Below are positions 1 through 15,000 of a stretch of 64,000 nt of DNA, piece by piece. A program made the position numbers and the translations under genes. The number at the start of each line of letters is the position of its first letter. The first letter of the stretch is position 1. This DNA comes from Verrucomicrobiaceae bacterium (GTDB lineage: Bacteria; Verrucomicrobiota; Verrucomicrobiia; Verrucomicrobiales; Akkermansiaceae), in the NCBI GenBank assembly GCA_051252135.1, contig JBPOGH010000020.1:1-64000 (forward strand). The letters run 5' to 3'. The notes under the pieces were generated by a model. The model was given only the letters and a program-made list of their open reading frames with translations, ran no database searches and was not told where the DNA came from.

Positions 1-3000
1 GAGATTGTTCGCTTTGGTGCCCGGGAAATCACGGTGACCTTCGGAGTGGGCGAAGAAAGCCTTTTCCAGGTGACCTTGGACGGGTTGTCATTGAACATTG
101 CCGATCTCATCACCATTGAAGGTTCCTTCTCGTTTGTGTCACGGGGTGAACTTCAGGTAGCGGCCGGTCAGAACGTTACAATTTTCATTGGTGAAGGGCC
201 TGCATTCCTCGCTGATGGCACGCTGAATCCCGATGCGCGTGGTGTGTTGATTGACCAGGCCACCGTTGGGTTGGTGAAGCGTAACGACCCGACGGAGGGA
301 ACACTTTATGCGATCTCGGCTACCGGCCGTGTTCAGGTGGTTGGGGTTGATGACGTGACAATCACCGGATCGATTACCGTTCGCATCAACATGCTTGGTG
401 AAGCAGTTGATGAGACCATCGTTTTCCCGGGCGAGACCGAGAATGTTGATGTTGTCTTCACCGCTGCGGAGGTTGCAACCGCGACCGCGCCGTTCGCCCT
501 GATTGAAGGAACGGACATGCGTCTGGAGATCGCGGAGCAAACCATCTCCGCTGACATTTCGATCGGGCGTTATATGAACGCCGAAGGCGATGTCATCAGG
601 GTGTCATTGCGTGATGCCCGCGCCGCGTTTGGTTCAGATACGGAAGAGATTCTTGTCCTCAGTGAAGCCGAGGGAGACATCCTTCTCCTGAGCAATGGAG
701 CGGCGCTCTCGGTGTCCGGGAAGCTTCGATTTGAGGTTCCCAACATCAGTACTGGCGCTGACTTCTCGTTGAAGATCAATACGACAGACTCAGCTGTTAA
801 CGAATCCTTCACCGCCTTCGGAGAATCGAGAACACTTGTGTTACCGATTGGGCCGTTCACCGCGATCAGTGCCGGGAATGTCAGTCTGAAAATTGCAGAC
901 CAGACGCTGAGTGGAAACTTCAGCTTTGAACAAAGGGCCGACGGTTCGGTTCGAGTGAACGCTTCCGAAATTGACATCACATTGACTGCTGAAGGAACCG
1001 ATGTGGTTGTGGTCGATAATGCCTCCGGTGATTTTGATATCACCGGCGAAGGCCTTGCCGGAGTTCTGGCAGTCTCATCGATTACGGTGACCGTTCCGAA
1101 CGTGAGCATTTCAGTTGGAGAGACCTACTTGCAGCTTAATACCCGTGCCACCGGAGTTACCCGGGATATTGATCTTGGAAATGGCCTCGAGACCGTGGAG
1201 TTCCCGGCTGGTCCGTTTGTCCGCGTGGCCATTCAAAATGTCACTGTCACACTCAGTGGTCTGACTACGACGGGGTCCGCTCCGGCGACCCTTTCCGGTA
1301 ATTTCTTCTTTGATCAGATCGGGAGCGCTACCCGAGTGGCCGCAACGAATGTTTCCGCCTCCGTCGATGTCAATGGAAGCGGTGGCAGCCTGGTCAACGG
1401 GCGGGGAGCAATGATCATTACCGATGCCGGAGTGGCCGCAAGTATCAGTGGAACTCTCGAAGCCAGCGTGCCTGGTCTGGAAGCAGGAGGCACCCTCATT
1501 CTCCGTTTCAATAACACTGGCGGCGCGATCGACGAAGAGATTGAAATTGGACGTGATCGTATCAAGATCTTCTTCGGTGCCAGCGAAGGCATGCTCTTTG
1601 GTGTCGCCCTGGTGGGAGCCACCATCAACATCGGAGATATCGTTACCATCGAGGGCAACGTTTCGTTTGTCACCAGTGGTGGCCGTGATGTTCTCGGAGG
1701 TTCCGACCTGACGCTCTTCATCGGCGAAGGGCCGGCCCGACTGGACGACGGAGAACTCAACCCATTTGCCCGCGGCCTTCTGGTCACCAATGCCACCGTT
1801 GGATTGGTGAAGGTCGAGGGTCCAAGCGGTCCTCTCTACGCGCTGGAAGCCAATGGCGCCGTTCAGGTGATCGGTATTTCCGACCTGACACTTACAGGGA
1901 CGATCCGTCTGCGTGTGAATACCTTTGCCGAGGCCGTGACCGAGACCATCGGAATCCCGGGAACCGATCAATCGGTGACGGTGAACTTTGATGGAAGCCA
2001 GATTGCCGGAGTGAACGGTGCCTACTCGTTGATCGAAGCAGTCGGAATCGTCATTGATGTCGCCGACCAGCGTCTCACGGCCGATCTCTCGGTTGGTCGC
2101 TACCGATCCGATCGCAACAACACACCGGGGAATAGCACGGACGATATCGATGTGTTGCTCCTCAGCCTCCGGAAGGTGAACGCTTCCTTTGGTGATGGCA
2201 CGACCAACTTTGTCACCCTGAGCGACGGAGCCGGTGATTTCCTGATCTTGCCGGAAGGATTCGCTGCTGAGGTTTCCGGAGATCTTACCTTTGATATTCC
2301 GGATGTCTCGGTGGGGGGCAACTTTGCACTTCGAATCAATACGACCGGAATGGTGATCAATGAGACTTACGAGGTCTTTGGTGCCACTCAAACTGTTGCG
2401 CTGCCAACCGGTCCGTATATCCAGATTGGGGGAACGGGAGTGAGCCTCACAATTGCCGGGCAGGAATTGGGCGGAGATTTCACCTTCGAGCAGAACGCTG
2501 ACGGATCAGTTCGAATTGATGTGGCCAATGCTTCCCTGAGCCTTGGTGACGGAACGACGACCTTTGTCGATATTAGCGGAGGCTTCGGCACTCTCATTAT
2601 TAACGACGCAGGAGTTGCCGGGGGACTGAGTGTCCAGACCGTGAACGTCACGATCGAAGGGGTCACGCTGACCAGTGACCAGATCACCATCCAGATCAAC
2701 ACACGCCCAACAGCGGTGACCGATGAGTTCGTTCTCGGCGTAGAAGGACCGAAACAGTTGACCCTTCCCGCTGGTCCCTACGTCCGCGTAGAAGTGTCCA
2801 ACGCGAGCCTGACCATCGACAACCTTCCGGATGCCAGCTTGAGCGGAAGCTTCGCCTTCGATCAGGCCAATGGGATCACCCGACTCGCACTTTTCGAGGT
2901 GACTGCGGAGGTTGTCATCAACGGTCAGGGAGCCCGCCTGATCAACGGCAGTGGGGCACTGGTGATCAGTGCCGCAGGAATTGCCGGCACGGTGGAGGGG

Positions 3001-6000
3001 TCACTTGATGTGAGCCTTGAAGGCTTGGATGCTGGTGGTGATCTTTTCCTTCGGATCAACAACACGGGCCTCGCGGTTGATCAGACTATTTTGATAGGGA
3101 GCCGGAGCATCAATATTTCGTTCTCGGCCAGCGAAGGGTTCAGCTTCTCGGTATCCCTGGCCAATGCCAGCCTCAGAATCGGTGATCTCATTCTGATTCA
3201 AGGGAGTTTCAGTTTCCAAAATCGCGGAACCTTTGCGGTCGCCGGAGGATCGGATCTCACCATCTTTATTGGCGAGGGCGAGCCCTTCCTGGTGGGTGGG
3301 GCGTTCAACCCCTCTGCCCGGGGAATTTTGGTGGAGGGAGCGAATATCGGTCTCGTCCGCGCCGATGGTCCGAACGGGCCACAATACGCCGTGACGGCAA
3401 CCGGCACGATGCGTGTCCTTGGCATTGCCGGTCTCGATCTTAGCGGAGAGATCGACCTGCGCTTGAATACGCTGACGGTCGAGCTCGATGAGCAGATTGC
3501 AATTCCCGGTCTGGACCTCCCGATCTCAGTGAACTTCTCGGCCGCAGAACTCTCACTCGATGGACTCACACCATTCTTCGAGATCACAGCACCCAATATT
3601 TCGTTTGATCTGGATGGTCTGGCGATCACGGCCGATCTGAACTTTGCCCGTCCGAGCATCGATCTGAACGGCGGGATAGGGGTGCCCAACTTCGATCTTG
3701 GACTTCTGATCTCCATGACCAATGTCAGCACGAGCATCGGTGGTGGTCTCATCACTTTGGAATCCGGATTTGGTGACATTCTGATTCTCTCCAGTGGCAT
3801 GATCGCCAATATTGGCGGCACGATTGGAGTCAATGTGCCGGACCTCTCTCTGGGTGGTGGGTTTGAACTGAAGGTCAATACAACGGGGGTTGGTCTGGAG
3901 CTCAGTTTCGATGTTCAAGGAGTCCAACATGAGATCAATGTCCGGGCCGGACCGTTTATCCAGGTAACGGGTATCGGCCTTGAAATTGATATTGCGGGTC
4001 AGAAGCTCACTGGAAATTTTGACTTCAAGCAGCTCGCTACCGGCACCATCAAGGCGACCTTCTCCAATGTTTCCCTCAACCTGGGCACCGACACCCAGAC
4101 CTTTGTTGCCATAGCGGGTGCAGCAGGGGATTTCCAGATTTCGGCTGCGGGACTCTCCGGCGTTCTTAGCGTTGGAACCATTGCTCTCACAGTTCCCGGA
4201 ATTTCTCTCAGCACGGAAACAGTTCGTATTGAGATCAACACCAACCCGATTGCTGTCAGCCGCGACTTCACACTCGGAAGCGGTCTTCATACTCTCTCCC
4301 TTCCTGCCGGTCCATTTGTCCGCGTTGCCATTATCGGGGCCGAGCTCAGTCTTGACGGACTTGGAGCAAATGCGGTTCTTGCCGGAGATTTCTTCTTTGA
4401 GTCCTCCGCGGAGTTGACCCGCATCGCGATGGCCAACGTGACAGTGGCTGTCGATGTGAACGGCGAAGGAGCAAGCCTGACCAACGGAATTGGCGCTCTT
4501 GTCCTCCTGCCCACCGGGGTAGCCGGAACAGTTTCGGGAGACCTTGGAGTGAGTATCGGCGGACTCGATGCGGGTGGCACCCTGATCCTTTCCATCAACA
4601 ATTCCGGCGTGGTGGTTGACGAGACGATTCAACTTGGATCGTCCACCATCAACGTCTTCTTCGGAGCCGGTGAGGGGATGGTCTTCTCCGTTGCTCTGGC
4701 GAATGCTTCCCTGGTCATTGGAGACATCATCTTCCTGGAAGGATCGTTCAGCTTTACGGATCGGGGCAATGGAGTATCGGTAGTGGCGGGCACCGGACTG
4801 CGGTTATTCATTGGTGAAGGTCCTGCGACACTTGCCGACGGTTCAATCAACCCGTTTGCGAAAGGACTGCTGATTGAGAACGCCAGCCTGGGTCTGATCA
4901 AACTTACCGAGGGCACCGCGACGCAGTATGCGATTGATGCATCCGGTGATGTCAGCGTTGTTGGCTTGCCCGACATCACATTGAGTGGAGAAATCCGCGT
5001 CAGGGTAAATAGCGCAACGCAAGCGATCAATGAGAGCATTTCGATTCCCGGGACGAGCCAAAGCGTTAACGTTGTCTTTGCCGCTGATCAGGTTGCCAAC
5101 GCTGCGGGGGATGCTTTCGTTTCGATCGTCGGTCTCGGCATTACGATCGGGGTTGGAGATAACATTATCACTTCTGATATTTCCGTTCAGCAGAGCCTCC
5201 GGGACATCAACGGCACTCCGTTCAACGTCAACGACGACCGCCGCGAGACCCGTCTGATTCTGACCAATGCTTCGCTGAAGATTAGCAATGCCGGAACGGA
5301 CTACGTCACCCTGACGAATGGATTCGGCGACCTGCTTATCTCGGAGGCCGGATTGGTAGGGGCCATTGGAGGCACTTTTGCTCTGAACATCCCCGGGGTG
5401 GAACTCAGCGGTAATCTCAACATCCTCCTCAATACGACTGGCGAGGAATTCGCGGAAGAGTTTGTTGTCGCCGCGGATGGTTCGACCCGGAATGGCATCA
5501 AAGCCGGCAATTTCTTCCAGCTTTCCGGAACTGATCTGAATATGAGGATCGCCGGTCAGTCCCTTTCGGGGAATATCTTCCTTGGGAATGAAACTCTCGC
5601 AGACGGTTCGACGATAACCCGCCTCGGGCTGTCCAATATTTCGGCAAGCTTTGGCGACGGAACGACAAGCTTCCTTGAGCTGAGCGAAGGTTCGGGAATC
5701 CTGTTGGTTACTCCGGAAGGGGTCGCCGGTAAGTTCTCGGTCTCTGTTGCGACCAATCCGACTCTTGCCTTCAGTTTGAACGTCGATGAGCTGCAGGTTG
5801 CGGTGAACACAAGAAACGTCGCGGTTCTGGAAACGATCCAGCTCGCCGGAGAAACCCTGACGATCAATCTTCCTGCCGGACCTTATTTCCGCGTTGCCGC
5901 CATTGGTGCCGAGTTGATCATTTCCGGACAGCGGCTCACTGCAGATGTTTCGTTCCAGCAGTCTACCGTCAATGCCGTGACTGAGACGCGTGTCGTGATC

Positions 6001-9000
6001 ACCCGCGCGAGCCTGAAACTGGGACCTGTTAATGATCCGTTCCTCACACTAAGCAATGGTTCCGGAGTTCTTCTCCTTAAGAGCTTTACGAACCCAACGG
6101 GGGCCGCTGCGAGCGGATTGATAGGTAAGATTACCGGAACAGTCGCACTCAATGTTCCTGGGGTAAGCTTTAGTGGGACTCTGGGTCTTGAAATCAACCA
6201 GACTCCTAATGCCATCAACGAGGTCTTTGAGATCGGCGGCCAGACCGTCGCGGTGTCGCTTCCGGCTGGGCCGTTCTTCAAGGTCTCGGCGATCGATGCC
6301 GAACTGATCGTAGCCGGTCAAACCATCTCGGGAGACTTCGCTTTCACTCAGAGTGCGAATGTCACCAGTATAGAAATCACGGACGGTGAATTGAATCTTG
6401 GTGACGGGCTTCTCAATATCACGATTGCAAGCGGCCGGATCGACCTTTTCGCCGATGGCGTCAGTGCCTCGTTCATTGCCGGAGTGAGCTTCGGGATTGC
6501 GGATGTGGAGCTCTCGGTTTCCGAGCTCATGCTCGACATCAATACCAGGACTTCCGTTGGAGCCCAATATGTCCGCGTCTCGGCCGACGACATCGTTCTT
6601 TCCATCCCGGACCTTGATATCCGGGGCGATATTGACTTTGAACAAGTCACGATCGGAGCCCGGACGATAATCCGGATCGCGATCAGTGAGCTCTCGGTTC
6701 AAATTGGTGATCTTGTTAATGTTCAGAACGCATCGGCGGAGCTCCTGATTCTTCCGACAGGCGTTGCCGGTCAGATTGTCGTCACCCAGAATCCATTCAG
6801 CATTCCGGGTCTTGATTTCACAGTCGATCAAGTGACGGTGCAGATCAACACCTTGCCATTTGCGGTCACTCCCGAGATGACCGCGATCGGCGGAAACAGC
6901 GGTTACAATCTCCCTGCGGGCCCGTTTGTTAGAGTGGAAGCTCTCAACGCAAGCATTGCGCCGACCGGACTTCAGGTGGGAGGAAGCGATGTCTCACTCA
7001 GTGGCGACTTTGTCTTCCAGCAGAGTGGCACAGGTTTCGATACCGTCACGACACTTGCTGCTTCCAACGTGACTGCCAGTATTCAATTTAATGGAGAAGG
7101 AGCGACCTTCGTCGATGGCGAGGGAGCCTTTGTCATCACCAACGGTGGTTTCGCGGGCCTTCTAACCGGCCGTGCCGATCTCGCGCTGGGGCCGATCGAA
7201 GCCGGGGGCGATCTTGCGCTCCGGATCAACAACACAGGTGGTGCGGTCGACAAGACCATCGTAATCGGTGGCACGAGTATCCCGGTGGTCTTCAGCGCCA
7301 ATGAGGGAATGGCCTTTGATATCTCGATCTCTGATTTGACCTTAAACATCGGTGATTTTGTGACGATCTCCGGCAACGTCGCGTTCTCTGATGGCTTCAT
7401 CAGTGTTAATGGAAACGATGTTGCAGCGAAGACCTTCGCCGGTGAGGATTTGGAAATCTTCCTTGGTCAGGGTCCACTGAGAATCGGAGATGAAACCTTC
7501 AATCCGCTCGCCAAGGGAGCGCTGCTCACCAATGCCCGCATTGGATTGGTGCAAATCCCGGGAGCCACTGCAAATGATCCGACCGGGTATGCTCTTGTAG
7601 CGAGAGGAACGGTGGAGTTGATCGGAGTCGATGGGGTTACCATTTCCGCCGAGGCAAGTGTCCGGGTGAATACGACCGGACTTGCGGTATCCGAGGTTCT
7701 CACCATTGCCGGCAGCACCGGACCTGGTGTTGCGGTGACCTTTACCGATGGGGCCGAGGTGAAGCAGTTTGAGGCGGTCAATGCCACTCTCGACATCCTT
7801 GGCCAAAGCATCAATGGCAACTTCGCCTTCAGCCAAGCTTCCACGAAAGGTCCGGATGGAATCTTTGGCACTCTCGATGACGGGTCGACTCTCACGATCG
7901 CGGCAACAAACGTGAACATCTCACTGGGAAGCGAGACTGCCGGAGTGGATATCGTTAACGCCTCCGGAGCCCTCATTGTCACCCAGGCCGGCATCGCCGG
8001 AACGATCAGCGGTGGAGTGGATGTCAAGGTCCCGGGGATTATCTTCCAGGGAATCGACACACCGGAAGCGACCTTCGAGGTCTCCATCAACACCACTCCG
8101 ACAGCGGTGAATCGGAGCTTTATGATTGGGGCATCACAAGTTGATCTCAATCTTCCCGCCGGACAATTCTTCCGGGTGGAAGCGGCAGCCCGACTGATCG
8201 TTGCCGGTCAGAGCATCCAGGGACGATTCGCCATCGAATCGACCACGAACCAGACTACGGGTGCGAATCTCCTCACGATCCGCGCGACTGAAGTCGAGTT
8301 TGCCCTCACATCCGAGGGTTCGGAAATCGTATCACTGACCAATGGATCGGGTGCCTTGGTCATCTCAAATGCGGGGTTGGCCGGTGAGATCAATGGAACG
8401 ATCGGAATCGATCTTGGACCGGATGTCAGCGTGACCGGAGACTTTTCGCTTCGGATCAACAACACCAATGCGGCGGTCAGTCAGGACTTCATCATTGCCG
8501 GTGAGACCTACACGCTGGAGTTGCCCTTTGGACCATATGTTCGGGTTGAAGCCACCAACGTTGAGGTCGTGCTCTTCGGCCAAACGCTCTCGGGAGACGT
8601 GGCCTTTGAACAGGTTCAGTCACTTGGAGCTGACGGGCTTCCTGGAGGAACCGGCGCAGACTTTGATTCGCAGATTGTTCGGGTTGGGTTCAGGAACGTT
8701 TCCATCAACCTGGCTGACGGACTTCTCACTCTCGACAACGGAACAGGACTCTTCGTTGTTAGCGATGCGGGACTTGCTGGTCGGATTTCGGGTGATGTGG
8801 CGTTGGGCGTTGAAGGGATCACCCTCGAAGGAGGACTTACTCTTGAAGTGAACAACACCGGGGCCGCGGTTGATGAAACTCTTCGTGTGGGCTCCGCCAC
8901 CTTGAATTTGCGAATTGATGCGGGTCAGACGTTCCGGATCGCCGGGGACGATGTGATTTTGATCGTTTCGGATCTCCGCCTGAAGGCTGATTTTGAGATT

Positions 9001-12000
9001 ACCGAAACCACACTGCCAAGTGGCGGTAAGGCACTCAGTGTGACCGTGACCGACTTGAGTTTCGGAATTGGCGGCACGGAAGCCGAGCCCATTATTGGAG
9101 TGACCGTTGCCTCTGCGCAGTTCCTCTTCCTTCCTGATGGTATTGCCGCGCTGGTTACCGGGGTGGTGCCGATCCTGAATGTTGATGGTGTCACACTCGA
9201 GGGGTCCGTTGATTTTGAACTCAACACGACGATGAGCAATCAACTCGGGGTCGCGGCAAACACAGTCCGTCTCAATGTCACTGCAGCCAAGATTTCGGTA
9301 GCGGGACAGACCATCATGGGTGACTTCAGCTTCGAGCAGGTCAGGAATCCGGTTGAGAATACCAGTATTATCAGGGTGGCGGTAGCCAATGCGTCGATTT
9401 CATTGGGAACCGAAGACGCGGGATTGCGACTTACCGAGGGAAGGGGATTGTTCCTGCTGACCTCGTATGGCTTCGCTGCTGAAATCTCCGCACGGGTTCA
9501 GATTCTCCCATCCGATACCCTTCGGGTGGAAGGAAAGCTTACTCTCCAGATTAACACAACTGGTAACGCGATTTCAGAGACCTTCCGTGTGGGGGCTGCG
9601 ACAAGAAGCCTGCAGCTTCCCGCCGGTCCGTATTTCCGCCTTGAGGGTAACGACATCATCCTGGCGGTTGCCGGTCAGCGCCTGAGTGGCAACTTTGTCT
9701 TTGAAAGCATCGTGCTCGATCGCGGGGCGCTCGCTGAAGACCCCTCGGATGATACCACCGCGATTCGTATCGCCATCACGGACGCTGAACTTGGTCTCGG
9801 TGATGGTGACCGCGAGTTCATTTCGCTCACCAACGGTGAAGGATATTTCCTCATTATCAGCTCTCCTGATCCGACAGGAAACGGGGTGGCTGGAAAGTTG
9901 AGTGTCGATGTGGAGACAGACCTCCCCGGAATTGAATTCAGCGGAACACTTACCCTGGAATTGAACCAGACCGGCCGCGTGATCGATGAGGAGTTTGTGG
10001 TAGACGGCATCACCCAGGACCTCGAACTCGATGCGGGGAATTACTTCCGGGCCGGAGGAACCAATCTTAATCTTGAAATTGGCGGCCAGTCCTTGCGGGG
10101 CAACTTCGCTTTCGAGCAGCGGGATGAGGCAGGAGAGCAGGTCACCATTCTCAGCTTCGACGATGTGTCTTTGGGATTGGGCGACGGGACTACGGATTTT
10201 GTCAGCGTCACTCTTGCCAGCGGCGAGCTGGTTCTCCGCAGCACCGGAGTAACGGGAAGCTTCACCGGAGTCATTGCGCTGAATGTGCCGGATGTCACTC
10301 TTGGTGGCACCGCGACGGTCACCTTCGACACCGCAGCCAACGAGTTCAGGGTCGAGGTGAGTAATGTGCTCATCAACGTTCTCTCCCAACAGATCACGGC
10401 GGACTTGGTAGTTATAGAACAATTCACACTGACCAGCGGAGAACAGATCGTCCGGCTTTTGGTGACCAATTTCCGACTCGCACTCAGTGATGGCTCCAAG
10501 GATATCATCGTGGTGACCGCTGCCTCCACCGCACTGGTCGTGAACTCCCAGGGAATGGGCCTTCGGGTTGCCAATGCGGGAATCACCGCAAATCTCGGAG
10601 ATAGTCTTGGTCTGGATGTGACCGAGGCAAACTTCCTCCTGAATACGACCGGTTCCGAACTGGATCTCGGAGACGGTCTTGGAGCGCTTCCAGCCGGGCC
10701 ATATGTCCGTGTTGAGGTGGTCACCGGAGCGTTGAATGTTGGAACCATTGCGATCACCGGAGGGTTCCTCTTTGATCAAACAACCGATGGTGTCACGGGT
10801 GAAATCACAACGCGCATTGCCATTGATCGGGCCTCCCTCACGGTGGGAGGTGACGATGTCGCTGCTGCAGATGGTTTTGTTGTTCTCTACGCCGATGGAA
10901 TCGCGGGTAATCTTACCGGAAGTCTCGACTTGGGCGGTGGCGGTGAAGTCAGCCTCGGGGCGGCCGTCAATGTTCTCATCAACACCACGGGACGCACGAT
11001 CGATGAAAGTATCATGCTGGGAGATCGCGAGTTCGTGATCGATCTGGAACCCATCCTGACCAACGGAGGCATTCGGGTTCTGGTCTCCGCATCATTTGCG
11101 ATTGGCGACTACGTTCTCGTTGAGATCGACGAAGGATCGATCGAAAGCGGTTCCGGGGTGGTCTTCGTGGGAGATGGTCCTGCATTTATTGGAGACGATC
11201 CGGCGACCCGGACGATCAATCCAGCGGCCCAGGGATTCCTTCTCACGGATGCCCGTTTCTCACGATCGGCGGACGGAGAGACCTTCGTTGGTGAGGGCCT
11301 TGTTCAGGTGATCGGACTTGAAGGATTCGCTCTCAGCGGACGGATTCGGGTGCTCTTCGCCTCAACCGCCGGTGTCGGGCGCTCCCTGACCCTGCCATCA
11401 ACTTCGGGCGGATTGCCTGCTGATGTGGTGATCGTTCCCGATATACCGACGACCGTGGTAACCGTGGACAACTTTGACCTCAATATTGCAGGTCAAATGA
11501 TCTCGGGTGATTTCCGCTTTACGATGACCGATGAGTTCATCGAAATTGGAATTACCAACCTCAGCGCCAGCTTTGGAGCCACCACCAGGGATTCGAACAA
11601 TGTTGAGACTCTCAACCCCTACATTACTCTCACCAGCCCGGCTTCTACCCTTCGTTTCGGATCGACCGGTTTCTCGGGAGTCATCGAAGGAACTCTCAAT
11701 TTCACTCTTCCAACTCCGGACGTCGACTTTGGCTCGGGAGTCACGGCCAAACTGGAAATCAACACCACTCCGACATCGCAGACTCTTGATGTCGGGGGAA
11801 CTGCGACGACTCTGCCTGCCGGACCGTTTATCCGAATCACGGCGACAATTCCGCAGGTCACCATTTTTGGACAGGAACTTGGTGGAACCTTCAGCTTTGA
11901 GCAAACCGAGGGCGAAATCACCCAGGAGGCGCGCGATCGGGGTCTTACGGCACCGAAGTTTATCAAGATCGGGGTGACCAACCTAAATATCTTCCTTGGT

Positions 12001-15000
12001 GACCGAGGTGGAGCGGGGGAGGAAGATGATGCCGGTCTTTCCATCAGTAATGGCGAGGGTGCCTTTGTAATCACCCCGGGTGGGTTTGCCGGTAAGGCAA
12101 GTGGCACCGTTGCGCTGACTGTTCCGGGTGTGGACATTGGTTTCAGTGGAACCTTCAGCCTGCGTATCAATACCGGCCTCACCAGAGTTCAGGAAGTTGT
12201 CAAAGTGGGAACGAAGACAATCAATCTTGATATTGCGAAGGGTCCTTACTTGCAGGTTGCAGCCACCGCGCTTCGACTCAACCTCCTCGGGCAGACCATC
12301 AGTGGAAACTTTGTCTTCGAGCAAGTCACAGAATCCGGCCAGCAGATTCTCCGGATAGCTGCCAGCAATGTCTTTATCGGAATTGGCGATGGCACCCAGA
12401 ACCTGGTCAGCATCAATCAAGGGCACGCCGCAATCCGCATCGATCAAAACGGGATTGCCGGAGCGATCAGTGGAAACTTCACCGAGAGCATCCCGGGGAT
12501 TACGATCTCTGCCAAAATGGCGCTCCTCTTCAACACCGGCACGGTGGCGGTAACCGAGACGATCGTCATTCCGGGTGCGGATAGCGTCACTCTCAATGTT
12601 CCGGCTGCAGGAGCGGGATCACCATTCCTTCGCTTCCGCGCTGAAGATATCGACGTGGTCATTGCGGGACAAACGCTCAATGGAACATTCCAGTTTGAGC
12701 AGGGTGTTCGCGCAGACGGCGGGAAGTATCTCTCCCTCCTTGTCGAAGATGCCAATTTCAATCTCGGTGAGGGGCTTGCGGAGCTCACGGATATCAATGG
12801 TGCCTTTCTGGTCACTCAACAGGGTGTTGCGGGCAAGCTGACTCTGGGCGCCTCACTCAACCTGGGTCCTGTGACCATTTCGGCTGATGAAATCATCATT
12901 CGCGTGAATACCGGAACTGCTCCGGTCATTCTCGATGATGCCGAAGCGACCCGAATCGAAGGAGGACCGTTCTTCGAGTTTGCTGCCATCGGTGGAAATA
13001 TCACGGTGGCAGAAGTGGTGCTGGAGGCTGACTTCTTCGTCCGGAAACAAACCAACGGGAACGGCCAGGACCGCCTCACGATCATCGTCCAGAAGCTGAA
13101 CATCGACTTTTCCGGAATCGCCATCACGGAGGGCAGCGGAACATTGCTGATTCTTCCCGATTCACTTGATACCAACGGAAATGTCATTCCAAATACCGGA
13201 GGCGTTGCCGGATCACTGAGCGCAACGGTAGATATTGGAGGTCTGGTAGACGGCGTCGAACTAAGTGGAACCTTCAGCATTGCTCTGAACAATACCAATG
13301 GTCGTGTCATTGATTCGGTCAAAGTCGGTAACAACACCGTAAATATCGATCTTCCCGCCGGGCCCTACTTCCGGATTGGCGTGACCAATGCAGTTCTGAG
13401 CATAGCGGGCCAGAGTCTCTCCGGTAGCTTCGCAATCGAGAATGTAACCACACCGACCGGGAAGGTTCTCAGCATCGCGGCTCTGAATGTGGCTCTGAGC
13501 CTTGGCGATGGTCAGAAGGAATACGTGAGTCTTACCGCTGGAACCGGAAGTCTCCTGATTATTGAGAATACTGTGGGGGCAGTGACCACCAAAGGGTTGG
13601 CAGGGCGCATCAGCGGAACGGTCGCACTGAAGAACATTCAGGGTGTGACTCTGAGCTCCAGCCTGGTTCTTGAAATCAACAATACCAACACCGCAATCAA
13701 CACTTCGATTGAGGTAGGCGGAACGATGATGCCACTGGTGCTGGACGCCGGCGACTACATCCGATTCACTGCGGCAAACACCACGCTCTCGGTGGCGGGG
13801 CAGGTTCTCAGCGGTAACTTCTTCTTCGAGCGCAGCACCATCCCCGCAATTGGTGCGGTGCCTGCAAGCACGGTGATCCGCCTCGGTGGGTCCAATATTG
13901 GATTCTTCCTGGGTGACGACATGGGCACCGCAACCGACTTCTCGGATGATTCCGGTCTTCGGATGACGGGTGGCACGATGGGCCTGGTGATTTCTCCATC
14001 CGGAGTTGCCGGAGTGATTGGCGGCACCGTTTCATTGGATATTCCGGGCCTTGTTGAAACTACGGCGACCGTAACGGTCACGATCAACAACACGAACAAG
14101 GCTCTTGTTTCGACCTTCCCAATTCCGAATGCCACCGGAACCGGCGATCTGATGGTCAACTTAAAGGCGGGAGTTTACTTCAGAGTGGACATCGAAAACT
14201 TCAGCCTCGATCTCTTCGGGCAGAGTCTCGCTGGAAACTTCAGCTTCGAGCAGGTCAAGAGCCCCGGTCCGGATGGCGAATTCAATACCACGGACGACGA
14301 GAAGACCCTCAAGCTGGCCATCAGCGACCTGAGCCTGTTCCTTGGAGACAATGGCGGGACCGCTGGATTCGAAAATCATAGTGACGACATCGGCCTCTGG
14401 ATCACCGGAGGCACGGCACAGCTTCTGATCTCGCCGCGTGGACTTGCCGGAGAGTTTGCCGCGACGGCGATGGTCTTTATCGAGCGCGGTAAGGGAATCG
14501 AAGTGGAGCGCGTTACCGTTCGGATTAATAATACTCTCGAAGTAGTCAATGAGAGCTTCCGTATTGGCAATGTAGAGACTCAACTTTCACTTCCAGCCGG
14601 ACCGTTTATCTCGGTCAAGGTCGAGGGGCTCGAGGTGGCGCTCGGAGGACAGATCATCGCGGCGGACTTCACCTTCATTCGCCAGACCAATCTTGGGTCG
14701 GATAACAAGGTGGGTGGCACCGGGGCCGCAGCAGATGTCAGCGTAACCCGCATCATGCTGGAGAACGTTCTCATTTCGCTTTCTTCGAATGGCCGGGAAT
14801 TCGTGAGGGCCGTGAGCCCGGTTGATCCAAGTGATCCGTCGAAAACCATCCCAAGCACTCTCCAAATCATTTCTGGTCCCAACGGAGGCATCGTGGGACT
14901 CATCAATGTAACGGTGACGGTGACGATTCCGGGGGTGAGCGTTGGCGGGACCTTCAGTGTGGGGTTCAACTCCCTCACAACCGCAGGTGCGACACCGGCA

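Noticed and set aside
34..36. GTG start of the giant ORF
   Set aside because: The frame is open from nt 1 and the repeat pattern is already in progress; the real start is upstream.
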